64,000 bases of DNA, from contig OZ242296.1 in NCBI GenBank assembly GCA_965207735.1, positions 1,309,808 to 1,373,807 on the forward strand. Direction: 5' to 3'. This DNA is from Candidatus Versatilivorator sp. Its GTDB lineage: Bacteria; Acidobacteriota; Terriglobia; Versatilivoradales; Versatilivoraceae. Positions within the stretch are counted from its first letter, which is position 1; every line of letters begins with the position of its first letter. Both the position numbers and the translations under genes were made by a program. Positions 1 through 9,546 of this stretch are shown piece after piece. A model generated the notes under the pieces. It was not told where the DNA came from. It saw only the letters and a program-made list of their open reading frames with translations, and did no database searches.

Positions 1-887
1 TCGGGAGCCCGCATGGCCAGGGCCACCGCCTCGGACGCGGTGGGCAAGTCGGCCTGAAATTCCTCCCGCCGGTCCCAGGCTCGTTGGGCCATCCAGCGCG
101 CTGCCTTGCGTGCCAGGTCCCGGTCTCGATCGGCCACGGCCAGGAAGCTGGCGCCGAATTCCTCGACGTCCGAGTAGGAGAAACCCATGGCCACGCTGGC
201 GGAAAGAATGCCGGGCCACTGCGAGACCGATTCCAGGTCCTCATACAACCCCTTGGACGGATCCTCGTCGGTGTACTGCTTGGCGATGCTGATGATCAGA
301 GGCGGGCATTCCAGGGCTTGCACCGGTTGGATCTCTCCCCGCAGCGTCCGACCCAGCATCGAGGCAGCCTCCAGGCCCCGGGCCTTTTGGTCCAAGTGCG
401 GATTGGAGCGATAGATGGTGGTAGCGTCGGTATTGGCAATCATTTTTGGAGAGACATTGGCGTGCAGATCCAGCGTCATGACGATGGGCACATCCGGTCC
501 CACGACGTCCCGCATCCTGCGAGCCATCTCGCCATCGGCATCGGGATATCCCTCGGACACGGTGGCCCCGTGCAATGCCAGATAGAGCCCGTCCACCGGC
601 ATGGCCGCCTTCAGAGCGTCGATCGTCTGCTCCGCAATGGCCTCGAAGGTCTCTCGGACGACGGTGCCGCTCGGCATGGCGAAGGCCGCCACAAGGGGAA
701 CGGGCTCCAGGCCATTGGACTGGGCTCCCCCCAGAAAACCGCTCAGCTCATGATTGCCTCCCGTCCAGCGCTCAATCAGCCCCTTGCCCCGGGACAGGCT
801 GACCTGTTCAAAGTGCTCGTAGGTTGTCGGGGTGACTGCAAAAGTATTGGATTCGTGGATAAATCCCATAACTCCAACGCGTTTCAT
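1..887 (-). CDS. MlrC-like M81-family metallopeptidase (DUF1485 N-terminal domain); N-terminal ~295 aa in window, gene continues past position 1
   Basis: Reverse-strand translation from ATG at 887 gives MKRVGVMGFIHESNTFAVTPTTYEHF...PVDGLYLALHGATVSEGYPDADGEMARRMRDVVGPDVPI. This is clearly homologous to the complete MlrC-like paralog at 17715-19178 (HETNTF, PVDMVLLSLHGAMVADGY motifs). No stop before the window edge. The + strand ORF 84-992 is the antisense artefact. Confidence 0.7.
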   Translation of the reverse strand, partial: MKRVGVMGFIHESNTFAVTPTTYEHFEQVSLSRGKGLIERWTGGNHELSGFLGGAQSNGLEPVPLVAAFAMPSGTVVRETFEAIAEQTIDALKAAMPVDGLYLALHGATVSEGYPDADGEMARRMRDVVGPDVPIVMTLDLHANVSPKMIANTDATTIYRSNPHLDQKARGLEAASMLGRTLRGEIQPVQALECPPLIISIAKQYTDEDPSKGLYEDLESVSQWPGILSASVAMGFSYSDVEEFGASFLAVADRDRDLARKAARWMAQRAWDRREEFQADLPTASEAVALAMRAP

Positions 888-980
888 CAGGTGTTCGCCT
901 CCCTTTCATCCTTACTTTGTCGATCCATCCGGGAATTTCCTCCGGTCCCGCCCGGAAACACCACAGTAGGTGCAACCACC

Positions 981-1964
981 CTAATTCCATGAGTCCATTT
1001 CCGCCATCCATTCAGGGGGAAAGTCCATCTCCATGGCTCGCAGGGCACTATCCAGATGGCCGGTGTTGCGGGCTCCGATCAGCACGGAGTCGACCCCTTC
1101 CCGGTTGAGAACCCACCTCATGGCCAATTGAACCATGGATACCCCGGTCCGCGCCGCTTTCCGCCGAAGTTGCTCGACGACTCGAAAGCTGCGTGGGTGG
1201 AAATAGACGTCGACGTGGCCGGGAATCACGTCGAAGCGGGTGCCCTTGGGAATCTTGTCTTGATCGGCCGTGTACTTTCCGGCCAGGAATCCCGCCCCCA
1301 GCGGACTGTAGGTCACCACTCCGACCTGCTGCCGTCGACACAGGGACAGCAGTTCCGTCTCTATCTCGCGATGGGCCAGATTATAGATGGGTTGAATGAC
1401 TCCGAGGCGGGGCAGACCTTTCAGGCGACTCAGCCCGAGAGCTTCCGACAGTTGCTCGGCAGAGAAGTTGCTGCATCCGCTGCAACGAATCCTGCCGGCC
1501 CTTTTCCCTCGATCCAGCGCCGCCAACCCTTCTTCCAGCGGAACGTTGGGATCATACGAGTGAAACAGATAAAGATCAACGTAATCGGTCTGGAGACGAC
1601 GCAGGCTGTCTTCCAAAGCCTGCTGCACTTCCTGTTGGCTCTTGTTGGCCGACACCTTGGTTTGAAGGGTGACCCGGGAACGTGCGCCTCGGGATTTCAG
1701 CCAACGGCCCAGGATTTTCTCCGAGGAGTGCATTTCACCGCTCACCTCGCGCACATCTTCGATTCCCATTCGATCGCGCCGATGCTGGCGGGCCTGCCCG
1801 CCGCCGTAAGCCTCGGCTGTATCGAAAAGGGTGATGCCTCTTTCCAAGGCAGCGTCCATGATCTGAAACGAGGTGGCCTCGTCAATTTCCCTGCCGAAGG
1901 TGGCGCAGCCCAGGCCGAGACGGCTGACCGTGATGCCGCTGTTACCTAATGGCTTCGTTTCCAT
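981..1964 (-). CDS. aldo/keto reductase family oxidoreductase
   Basis: METKPLGNSGITVSRLGLGCATFG N-terminus, AKR motifs (YVDLYLFH, IGARNTGHLDSAL). GAGGAG RBS 6 nt upstream of the ATG at 1964. The longer ORF to 1988 translates the RBS. Confidence 0.85.
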   Translation of the reverse strand: METKPLGNSGITVSRLGLGCATFGREIDEATSFQIMDAALERGITLFDTAEAYGGGQARQHRRDRMGIEDVREVSGEMHSSEKILGRWLKSRGARSRVTLQTKVSANKSQQEVQQALEDSLRRLQTDYVDLYLFHSYDPNVPLEEGLAALDRGKRAGRIRCSGCSNFSAEQLSEALGLSRLKGLPRLGVIQPIYNLAHREIETELLSLCRRQQVGVVTYSPLGAGFLAGKYTADQDKIPKGTRFDVIPGHVDVYFHPRSFRVVEQLRRKAARTGVSMVQLAMRWVLNREGVDSVLIGARNTGHLDSALRAMEMDFPPEWMAEMDSWN

Positions 1965-2038
1965 TGAATTCTCTCCTCGCTTCAACAAAAAATCGAATCC
2001 GGTCCGGTGTCTACTAACGACGCTGGACGCAACTTACG

Positions 2039-2590
2039 TCAATTCCTGGCTTCGGCCATATATTCATCCCTGAGAATCCCCATGAGGATCAGGTCGTGCC
2101 ACTGGCCCCGGGAATAGTGCCAGTCCCGCAGCGCTCCCTCTTCCTTGAACCCACACTTTCGGTAGCAGCGATAACCCCGCTTGTTGGGTCGAATCACTCT
2201 CAGGCCGACCCGGTGCAGGTTCAACTCCTCGAAGCAGACTTTCAGGAATAGCCGCAGGGATTCCTCGCCCAGGCCCTTGGAGAGCGAAGTGACGTCTCCA
2301 ATCACTATCCCCACCTCGGTATTCTGTCGCCGCAAATCCAGATACTCATAGCCGATATGCCCTAGATACTTGTGGTCTTCCCGCCGGCAGATAGCAAATT
2401 TTCGATTGGCGGGATCCACGTTATTGACCTGCGCCTCGACGAAGGCCCGAGCCTGCTCCAGAGATTCGGGCCAGACGTAGGAGCCCGTCCACCATACGAT
2501 CTCATCCAGGGTGCGCCACTGGTAAAGAGTCTCTACATCGCTCAACAGGTATTCCCTGAGATACACTCTGTCTCCTAGAATGTGTGGCAT
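2039..2590 (-). CDS. GNAT family N-acetyltransferase (RimJ/RimL-like)
   Basis: 183 aa. GNAT core (HIGYEYLDLRRQ..GIVIGD..GKGLGEESLRLFLKVCFEELNLHRVGL). GGGAGGAGG RBS before the ATG. Confidence 0.8.
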   Translation of the reverse strand: MPHILGDRVYLREYLLSDVETLYQWRTLDEIVWWTGSYVWPESLEQARAFVEAQVNNVDPANRKFAICRREDHKYLGHIGYEYLDLRRQNTEVGIVIGDVTSLSKGLGEESLRLFLKVCFEELNLHRVGLRVIRPNKRGYRCYRKCGFKEEGALRDWHYSRGQWHDLILMGILRDEYMAEARN

Positions 2591-2646
2591 GATCCTCCTC
2601 CCTTCTCGGTTGAATTCGCTATCCGAAACAGACTGAAACCCACGGG

Positions 2647-3480
2647 CTACAAGAGCCGCGCGAACAACTCGCGGGCCTGATCGGCGTTGGCCGGAGGCCG
2701 TTCCTGCTGAAGCGAGCGGGTCGCCGCCAACCCTACCAGTTCCGCATTGCCGGCGGCCCGGGTGCCGTCGGGTCTGTAGAGATTGTTCTCGAATCCGATC
2801 CGGGCGTGTCCTCCTCGAGCCAGGGCGCGGTCCACGCAGGCCAATTCATGCTTCCCGAAAGCGCACAGGAACCATGCCTCTCGAAAGGAGCTGACTTCCA
2901 GCAACGGATCCAGATCGGAGGGTGCCGATTGCTGATTGGGGGTATAGCGCCCCAGCACAAAGAGGACACAGGGATCGGAATGCGGAACGATACCACGATG
3001 AACGAGCCCCGTCAGGTATCTGACCTGATCCGCATTGAACACGATGAACTGGCCAAAAATCCCTTCCGCCCGCAGCCAGTCCAGGAATTCCGCCGCCTGA
3101 GCTTCATAGGTCGGGTCGGGGAGAATTTCCCCGATGGAAAGACTCACCGCCTCCGGCCTGAGCTCCCGGACCAGGCGCATTTGCTCCTCCGGACCGTAAA
3201 GGCCGCAGGATTCGGTGGTGACCTGAATCACCAGCCTGTCTCCCACCTGGGAGCGAACGGCCTGGATGGCGGCCCGGTAGGCCGACACGTCCAGAACGTG
3301 GCCCAGATCCCGGTCCCGGACGTGGAGATGAATCATGGCGGCTCCCGCCTCCAGGCTCTCGGCGGCAGCTCGCCCCAATTCAGCAGGTGTCGTGGGTAGG
3401 TTGGGATGGTCCCGGCGGGTCTTGCGAGCCCCGTTTGGGGCGACGCAAAGGATGGCGGGACGCGAGTTCTTTGCTTGCAT
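2647..3480 (-). CDS. 3-keto-5-aminohexanoate cleavage enzyme family (BKACE / DUF849) beta-keto acid cleavage enzyme
   Basis: 277 aa. ILCVAPNGARKT N-terminus and HLHVRD motif are typical of the Kce/BKACE TIM-barrel family. Confidence 0.75.
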   Translation of the reverse strand: MQAKNSRPAILCVAPNGARKTRRDHPNLPTTPAELGRAAAESLEAGAAMIHLHVRDRDLGHVLDVSAYRAAIQAVRSQVGDRLVIQVTTESCGLYGPEEQMRLVRELRPEAVSLSIGEILPDPTYEAQAAEFLDWLRAEGIFGQFIVFNADQVRYLTGLVHRGIVPHSDPCVLFVLGRYTPNQQSAPSDLDPLLEVSSFREAWFLCAFGKHELACVDRALARGGHARIGFENNLYRPDGTRAAGNAELVGLAATRSLQQERPPANADQARELFARLL

Positions 3481-3658
3481 CTCTCGTGCCTGGGCGTACT
3501 ACCCTGGTAAGTACTGTCCGAACCATATTGAGAGAATTATTCATGATGTCTTGGATTTGTAGGACCAGGAATCGCTTTTGGGCACGTTCCGACACTTCCT
3601 CTAGCAGGCCTTCCTCATCGAGAAAATCATCAAAGTTGGTGCCGCTATGCCTATTCAT
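3380..3658 (-). pseudogene. HigA-type addiction-module antidote remnant (N-terminal FDDFLDEEGLLEEV motif only); 3' portion degenerate and overlapping the kce start
   Basis: MNRHSGTNFDDFLDEEGLLEEVSERAQKRF resembles the N-terminus of the TIGR02684-type antidote family. The C-terminal half has no HTH-like sequence and overlaps the next gene by 101 nt out of frame. No cognate toxin upstream. Confidence 0.3.
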
Positions 3659-3966
3659 GCACTAGCTTCTCTCGGAAAGGAACCCGCTGCCCGGTAAATG
3701 GGAAACAGCTCAACCACAAAAAGCACAAAAGGCACAAAACAGGGATCCAGTCTTGCCCAATCTCTTTATTGTGCCTCTTGTGGCCGTTCGACGGAGAGCC
3801 GTGTTCTGTGAACCCGGTTGCCTCCATGAGATTTGAGACCTGCCGATTCCGACTATTGTGCCTTTTGTGGACATTCAGGCACAGAGCCGACCTGCCCCTC
3901 GCATTCCCTTTCCCCTCTCCCGACCCCTAAAACCGTCGCCTACAGAATATTGCAAAAGGCTCAATC

Positions 3967-5571
3967 TCAATACGGGGAATTCCGGCGCAGCACCCGGCCG
4001 CCGCGATCTCCCGTCAAGCGACCGTCCCTGACGGTCTGAACGCCGTTCACAAACACGTGAGTCATGCCGACGGCGGTTCGGTTGGGCTCGTAGGTGGTGC
4101 CCCGTTCGCTGAAGGTCCGCGGATCGAAAATTGCCAGATCCGCGCAAGCCCCCTTCCGGATGACGCCTCTGTCCTTCAAGCCGAGGCGGCCGGCGGGAAG
4201 CGAGGTCAAGCGGCGTATCGCCTCTTCGGGGCGGAGCTTTCCCGTATCGCGCACAAAGTGCCGGTAGAACCAGGAGGCCCAGGTGTAGGCCCCGTGGAAG
4301 GACCGGTCCCTCAGAGGTCCGTCGGTGGCCAGGGCGGTGGCGTCCGACCCCACCATGCAGTGGGGATGCTCGAAGGCCAGTTCGTTTTCTTCCAGTCTGT
4401 AGGTCAGGGCCATCACCATCAGTCGGTGGATATCATCGACTTCCGCCAGCAACAGATCATAGACGGCGTCGAGAGGCTCGACGCCCATCTGCCGGCCGAT
4501 CTCGCCGATACTCTTCCCGGAAAACTCCGGGTAGGCCTGGGACTCGAAAATGACGATTCGTTCCCAGTCGTCCTGGACCAGCGAGCGAAGATGACTCCTG
4601 TAGGTCTTGAGGTCCCGGCGCACGCCGGAATCCTTCAAACGGGCGGCAACGGCTTTCGGGCCTCCTTCCAAGGCCCAGGGCGGCAAGGCCGTTCTCAGAT
4701 TGGTGGTTCCAAACAAGCGGGTGTGCATATCGAATCCCACATCCTGGCCCTGTTGGCGGGCTTCATCCACCATGCCCAGGGCCTGCCGGTAAGCCTTGCG
4801 CCCATCGGCGGTCAACCTGGCCACCACCTGAATGTGGGAGATTTGCACCGGCGCGCCCGAGGCCCGGCCTGTGCGAATGGCTTCCGCGATGGTCTCCACC
4901 GCCTCGCCGGCCCGATTCCGAGTGTGGGTCGAATAAAATCCCCCGGCGTCGGCCACCAATCGGCACAGCTCGATGATTTCCTCCTCGGGACAGGCTTTCT
5001 CGGGACCGTACTCCAATCCCGTGGAAAGCCCGAAGGCGCCTTCTTCCAGGCACTGGGACAGCAACCGCTTCATGCGACTCAGTTCCGCCGGACTGGAAGG
5101 CTTGCTGACGTCCTGAACCGCCGCCAGTCGCAGCAGACCGTTCGGCACCAGCGTCAGCACGTTGACTGACGGCCGACCTGTTTCCAGGCGTTCCAGGTAC
5201 CCGGCCATGGTGCGCCAACCGATCTCGTCGGCGGCCTGACAGCCATAGATGTTGGAACGGGCTCGTTCCGGATCCACGATGGGGGCGCAGCCGTGGCCAC
5301 AGTTGCCGACCACTTCCAGGGTGACTCCCTGCATGACTGAGCTCATGGCCCTGGGATCGACGATCAGAGTGAAGTCGGAATGGCTGTGTATATCGATGAT
5401 TCCCGGACACACCCACAGCCCGGAGACGTTCAACTCGGTAGCGCCTTCAGCTTCGCCGATCGATCCCACCTCTGAAATCCGCCCATCCCTGACCGCCATA
5501 TCGGCCTGAAAAGGGGGGCTCCCTGTCCCGTCCACAACCTCTCCCCCTCGCAGGATCAGATCGAAACTCAT
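3967..5571 (-). CDS. N-acyl-D-amino-acid deacylase (D-aminoacylase), amidohydrolase family 3
   Basis: Start MSFDLILRGGEVVDGTG. Metal-binding HSHSD motif. The ATG at 5571 overlaps the upstream gene's TGA (ATGA). The longer ORF to 5757 reads through the upstream gene's 3' end. Confidence 0.85.
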   Translation of the reverse strand: MSFDLILRGGEVVDGTGSPPFQADMAVRDGRISEVGSIGEAEGATELNVSGLWVCPGIIDIHSHSDFTLIVDPRAMSSVMQGVTLEVVGNCGHGCAPIVDPERARSNIYGCQAADEIGWRTMAGYLERLETGRPSVNVLTLVPNGLLRLAAVQDVSKPSSPAELSRMKRLLSQCLEEGAFGLSTGLEYGPEKACPEEEIIELCRLVADAGGFYSTHTRNRAGEAVETIAEAIRTGRASGAPVQISHIQVVARLTADGRKAYRQALGMVDEARQQGQDVGFDMHTRLFGTTNLRTALPPWALEGGPKAVAARLKDSGVRRDLKTYRSHLRSLVQDDWERIVIFESQAYPEFSGKSIGEIGRQMGVEPLDAVYDLLLAEVDDIHRLMVMALTYRLEENELAFEHPHCMVGSDATALATDGPLRDRSFHGAYTWASWFYRHFVRDTGKLRPEEAIRRLTSLPAGRLGLKDRGVIRKGACADLAIFDPRTFSERGTTYEPNRTAVGMTHVFVNGVQTVRDGRLTGDRGGRVLRRNSPY

Positions 5572-7328
5572 TCCGAAGAATTCTCCCTCGACCGAATTCT
5601 CAACTGCTGCCGCAGCTCGTCCGTAGCTTCCGGGTCCACCTGGCCGGCACTGTCCAGGACGACGCCATAGTCCTGCCGAGCCCTTTCTCGAGAGACCTTG
5701 TCGTTCCTGACATCCCGAGCGACTGCCGCCGGATCCCTGGTGAGGGGGTCTCCCCATCCTCCACCGCCCGCCAATCGATGATAGACCGAGTCTCCGGTCC
5801 TGATCGAGGTCGAAATCATGGTGGGCAGAATTTCAACCCCGTCGGCCCCGGCCCGCTCACTCAGTGAGGGTGCGCCCGGCTCCCCGCCACTCAGTCCATA
5901 GGGCCGATGATCGCGTCGATCGGAGCGGATGGACAGGGTGGACTCACCGGCCAGAAGGCGCCACTTCCTTTCGATGGCCAAGCCACCTCGAAACCGGCCC
6001 GCTCCCCCGCTGTCGCGCACCAGTCCATAGCGCTCGATGCACAGCGGATACTCGCTTTCGGCCTGCTCCACCGGTATGTTGCCGGCAACGTTGGATGGAT
6101 TGCACAGTCCGTCGTTCCCATCCCTGTCGGGCCGTCCACCCCAGGTTCCGGTGACCAGCTCGTAAAACACGTAGGGCTTTCCCTCGGGTCTCTTGCCCCC
6201 AAAAATCAGCAGAGAATTGCCGCCTTCTCCGGCCGCGAACACGCGGTCGGGCAGCAATCCGGCCAGGGCTCCCCGTACCGTGTCCGAAAGACGGAACCCC
6301 GTAACCCCTCGCATCGAGGATGCGGCAGGCATGCAGGCGTTGGCCACCGTGCCTTCCGGGGCGATGACCTTGAATGGCTTGAACATGCCGGCAGTGTTGG
6401 GAATGTCCGCTTGAATGACCGATCGCAGGCAGACGGCGACCACCGAGGTGGTAAACGAGAGCGTACAGTTGATGCCACCGGGCACTTGGGGAGCGGTCCC
6501 GGAAAAATCGGCGGTCAAGGTGTCGCCGCTGACGGTTAGGGTCACCTGCAGCCGGACCGGAGGACCTCCAACTCCATCGCTATCCATGTAGTCGGTAAAA
6601 CTGGAGGATCCGTCCGGCCAGGAGGCGATCTCTGAGCGAACCAGGCGCTCCGTATAGGCCAGAAGGTCTCGACAGCACCCCTGGAATGTCTCCAGGCCGT
6701 ATCGCTCGATGAGCTTCAGGACGGAATTTACTCCGATATGGGTAGCAGACAGTTGAGCTCTCAGATCTCCCAGCGTCATTTCAGGAATCCGGACGTTGGA
6801 GGCAAGCAATGCAAAGATGGATTCGTCCGGCCGGCCTCGCCGGTACAGCTTGAGCCAGGGGATTCGCAGTCCCTCCTGGAAGATCTCCGTATTGTCGCAA
6901 GCGGCGCTTCCAGGCAAACGACCTCCCAGGTCTGCGTGATGAGCGGTGCTGACGGCAAACGCGACCCGGCGATCCTTCCAGAAGACAGGGCGGACTACAA
7001 AGATGTCGGGGATGTGCATGCCGCCATCGAAGGGGTCGTTGAGAATGAACACATCCCCGGGATCGATTTCATGTCCGTATTTTTTCAAGAGGGTCCGCAT
7101 GGCAAACGGGACCGAGGCGATGTGATGCGGGAGTGTGACGCCCTGGGCGATCATCTGCCCCTCGGCGTCGCACAGGGAGGTGGAAAAGTCCAGGCAATCC
7201 CGCACAATGGTGGAATAGGCCGTGCGGTACAGGCTGAGCGCCATCTGGTCGGCTGCCGACGCCAGGCCATGTTGCACGATGGCCAAGGTGATCGGATCGG
7301 TTCTTTGTGCCGCCTCACCCGTGTTCAT
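5568..7328 (-). CDS. hyuB: hydantoinase B / 5-oxoprolinase subunit (HyuB family)
   Basis: 586 aa with hydantoinase_B hallmark regions. 4-nt ATGA overlap with hyuA. Confidence 0.9.
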   Translation of the reverse strand: MNTGEAAQRTDPITLAIVQHGLASAADQMALSLYRTAYSTIVRDCLDFSTSLCDAEGQMIAQGVTLPHHIASVPFAMRTLLKKYGHEIDPGDVFILNDPFDGGMHIPDIFVVRPVFWKDRRVAFAVSTAHHADLGGRLPGSAACDNTEIFQEGLRIPWLKLYRRGRPDESIFALLASNVRIPEMTLGDLRAQLSATHIGVNSVLKLIERYGLETFQGCCRDLLAYTERLVRSEIASWPDGSSSFTDYMDSDGVGGPPVRLQVTLTVSGDTLTADFSGTAPQVPGGINCTLSFTTSVVAVCLRSVIQADIPNTAGMFKPFKVIAPEGTVANACMPAASSMRGVTGFRLSDTVRGALAGLLPDRVFAAGEGGNSLLIFGGKRPEGKPYVFYELVTGTWGGRPDRDGNDGLCNPSNVAGNIPVEQAESEYPLCIERYGLVRDSGGAGRFRGGLAIERKWRLLAGESTLSIRSDRRDHRPYGLSGGEPGAPSLSERAGADGVEILPTMISTSIRTGDSVYHRLAGGGGWGDPLTRDPAAVARDVRNDKVSRERARQDYGVVLDSAGQVDPEATDELRQQLRIRSRENSSE

Positions 7329-9451
7329 TGGCGGGAGCCGGCTCCTTCCATGACGACATTTTGAAGGTCGTCGAGCCAGACCCGGGTGGCGGGTGGCACG
7401 ACGATGGTCGAGTCATACTCGTCGATCAACAATGGGCCCTGAGCGCCGCCCTGGAGCGTGGTTCGGGCAACCACCGGGGTGTCAATCGCCCCCCAGCGCG
7501 AACCGAAATAGGCCATCCGGCTGGGCGCCGTCTCGCCCTGCAGCTTCACGGGTTCAGGAAACCCCTCTGCCTGGTCCCGCATGGCCTTTCCCACCAGGCG
7601 CACCGCAAGTACTTCGACCCTGTTCTCGGCGGCGGACCGATGTCCGTAGAGCCGCTGGTGCTCGCCCTCAAAAGTCTGGCGAAGGGCATTGACATCCTGA
7701 GCCGTCAGTGGCCCGGCCGGAAGCGGAACCCTGATCTCCGAGGTCTGTCCTCCAAAACGCATATCCGCACTGTAGTCGAGTTGAATCCTTTCCTCGGAAA
7801 AGCCCCTCTGCTGGAACCACGGCAGCATCTCCTGTCCAAGGATCTCCCTCAGCCGCTCGATTTCCCGAGGATGGAGGGTCTCAATGGACAGCAGACAGCT
7901 GCGGACTCCATGGCGCTCGACGCTGGAGAAAAGCAGACCGAGGGCGCTGAACAGACCCGGCAATCCCGGAACCATTACCGTTCGAACCGAGAGCTCCTCG
8001 GCCAGGCCTGCCGCGTGAACCGGTCCCGATCCCCCGAATGCCATCAGGACAAACTCGCGGGGGTCCCGTCCCCGCTCGGTTGAAACCTCACGCAGGGCCT
8101 TCATGATGCGCGTATTGGCGATGCGGTGAATGCCTTCGGCAGCCTGGAAAGGGTCTATGCCCAAGGGGACGGCAATCCGGTCGTGAATGGCTCGCCGTGC
8201 GGCTTCCGGATCGATATGGACCTCCCCGTTAGCCAGCGGGCCGGGTCGGACGTAACCCAGGACAACGTTGGCATCGGTAACCGTCGGTTCCTTTCCACCC
8301 CGACGGTAGCAGGCCGGGCCCGGAACGGCTCCGGCGCTTCGGGGTCCGACATGGAGCCCGCCGGCCCGATCCAGGGTGGCAATACTCCCTCCCCCGGCTC
8401 CCACTTCGGCGATGTCAAGGCTGGGGGCGCGAATGAGCTCTCCGCTGCCGCCCATGAGCCGGCTGCCTGTAGACAAGGAAGCCCCAACCTCGTATTCGGA
8501 ATGGTAGCCAAGCCGACCGTCCTCGATCATGGAAGCCTTGGCCGTGGTTCCTCCCATGTCGAAGGCGATCACGTTGGGCAGGCCCAACTTACCCGCGGTG
8601 GCCGCGGTCGCCAGCACTCCCGCCGCGGGTCCCGACTCCAGAACGAAAACGGGCCGCGAGGCGGCATCGTCTTCGGGCGTCAAGCCCCCGGCCGACTGCA
8701 TGATGAGCAGGGGCGCCTCGATCTCCATCCGACGGAGACTTCTCCGCAGCGCACCCAGATAACCGTGCATCACCGGGCGCACATAGGCATTGACCACGGT
8801 GGTGGCCGTCCGCTCGTATTCCCTGCGTTCGGGCAGGATTTCCGAAGAAAGTGAAACCGTCAGATGGGGAAGATGCTTCCGCAGGAAGCGGCCCGCCATC
8901 ATCTCATGTTCCGGGTAGGCATAGGCATGGAGAAAACAAACGGCCACCGACTCCACGGCCTCCTGCTCCAGCCTTTTCTTCAGAGCCCACAGCTCCGACT
9001 CGCGCAGGCGGGTCCAGACATCCCCGTTGGCCAGGATGCGTTCATCCACCTCGAAACGCAGGTAGCGCTCTACCAGTTCCCCCGGCTTTTCAAAGAACCA
9101 GTCATAGAGCACCGGCACCCGAATTCTTCTCAACTCCAGAACGTCCCGGAACCCCTTGGTGGTGACCAGTGCCGTCTTCGCTCCCCTCCGCTCCAGCACT
9201 GCATTGGTCGCGACCGTCGTACCATGGGCGACTTCTCTGACGCGACCCCCGGAAATCCCTGTCGAGCCGAGCCAATCCCGAATGGCCGCGATGACCGCCC
9301 GTTCAAAATTCGGTGGAGTCGACGGAACCTTTTGACTGAACAGATTCCCCTGCCCGTCCACGACCACCACGTCGGTGAAGGTCCCCCCAACGTCGGCTCC
9401 AATGCGTATGGCGCCGCGGGGGCCGTTGGATCTCATGAACCGAAACGACAT
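7325..9451 (-). CDS. hyuA: hydantoinase A / 5-oxoprolinase subunit (HyuA family)
   Basis: 708 aa. N-terminal IGADVGGTFTDVVVVD ATPase motif and hydantoinase_A domain. Confidence 0.9.
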   Translation of the reverse strand: MSFRFMRSNGPRGAIRIGADVGGTFTDVVVVDGQGNLFSQKVPSTPPNFERAVIAAIRDWLGSTGISGGRVREVAHGTTVATNAVLERRGAKTALVTTKGFRDVLELRRIRVPVLYDWFFEKPGELVERYLRFEVDERILANGDVWTRLRESELWALKKRLEQEAVESVAVCFLHAYAYPEHEMMAGRFLRKHLPHLTVSLSSEILPERREYERTATTVVNAYVRPVMHGYLGALRRSLRRMEIEAPLLIMQSAGGLTPEDDAASRPVFVLESGPAAGVLATAATAGKLGLPNVIAFDMGGTTAKASMIEDGRLGYHSEYEVGASLSTGSRLMGGSGELIRAPSLDIAEVGAGGGSIATLDRAGGLHVGPRSAGAVPGPACYRRGGKEPTVTDANVVLGYVRPGPLANGEVHIDPEAARRAIHDRIAVPLGIDPFQAAEGIHRIANTRIMKALREVSTERGRDPREFVLMAFGGSGPVHAAGLAEELSVRTVMVPGLPGLFSALGLLFSSVERHGVRSCLLSIETLHPREIERLREILGQEMLPWFQQRGFSEERIQLDYSADMRFGGQTSEIRVPLPAGPLTAQDVNALRQTFEGEHQRLYGHRSAAENRVEVLAVRLVGKAMRDQAEGFPEPVKLQGETAPSRMAYFGSRWGAIDTPVVARTTLQGGAQGPLLIDEYDSTIVVPPATRVWLDDLQNVVMEGAGSRQ

Positions 9452-9546
9452 TGACGATGGGAGAGAAGGCGGTACCCGAGGGCTGGATTCGGGGTTGGGG
9501 TAGTCTCGGAATGAAACGAAATATTCGTCTTCCGGCCCGGTTGGAA

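Noticed and set aside
84-992. 302-aa + strand ORF
   Set aside because: Gly/Arg-rich nonsense translation. It is the antisense shadow of the MlrC-like gene encoded on the minus strand (1-887).
4057-5169. 370-aa + strand ORF
   Set aside because: Antisense to the D-aminoacylase gene. High-GC shadow ORF with no motifs.
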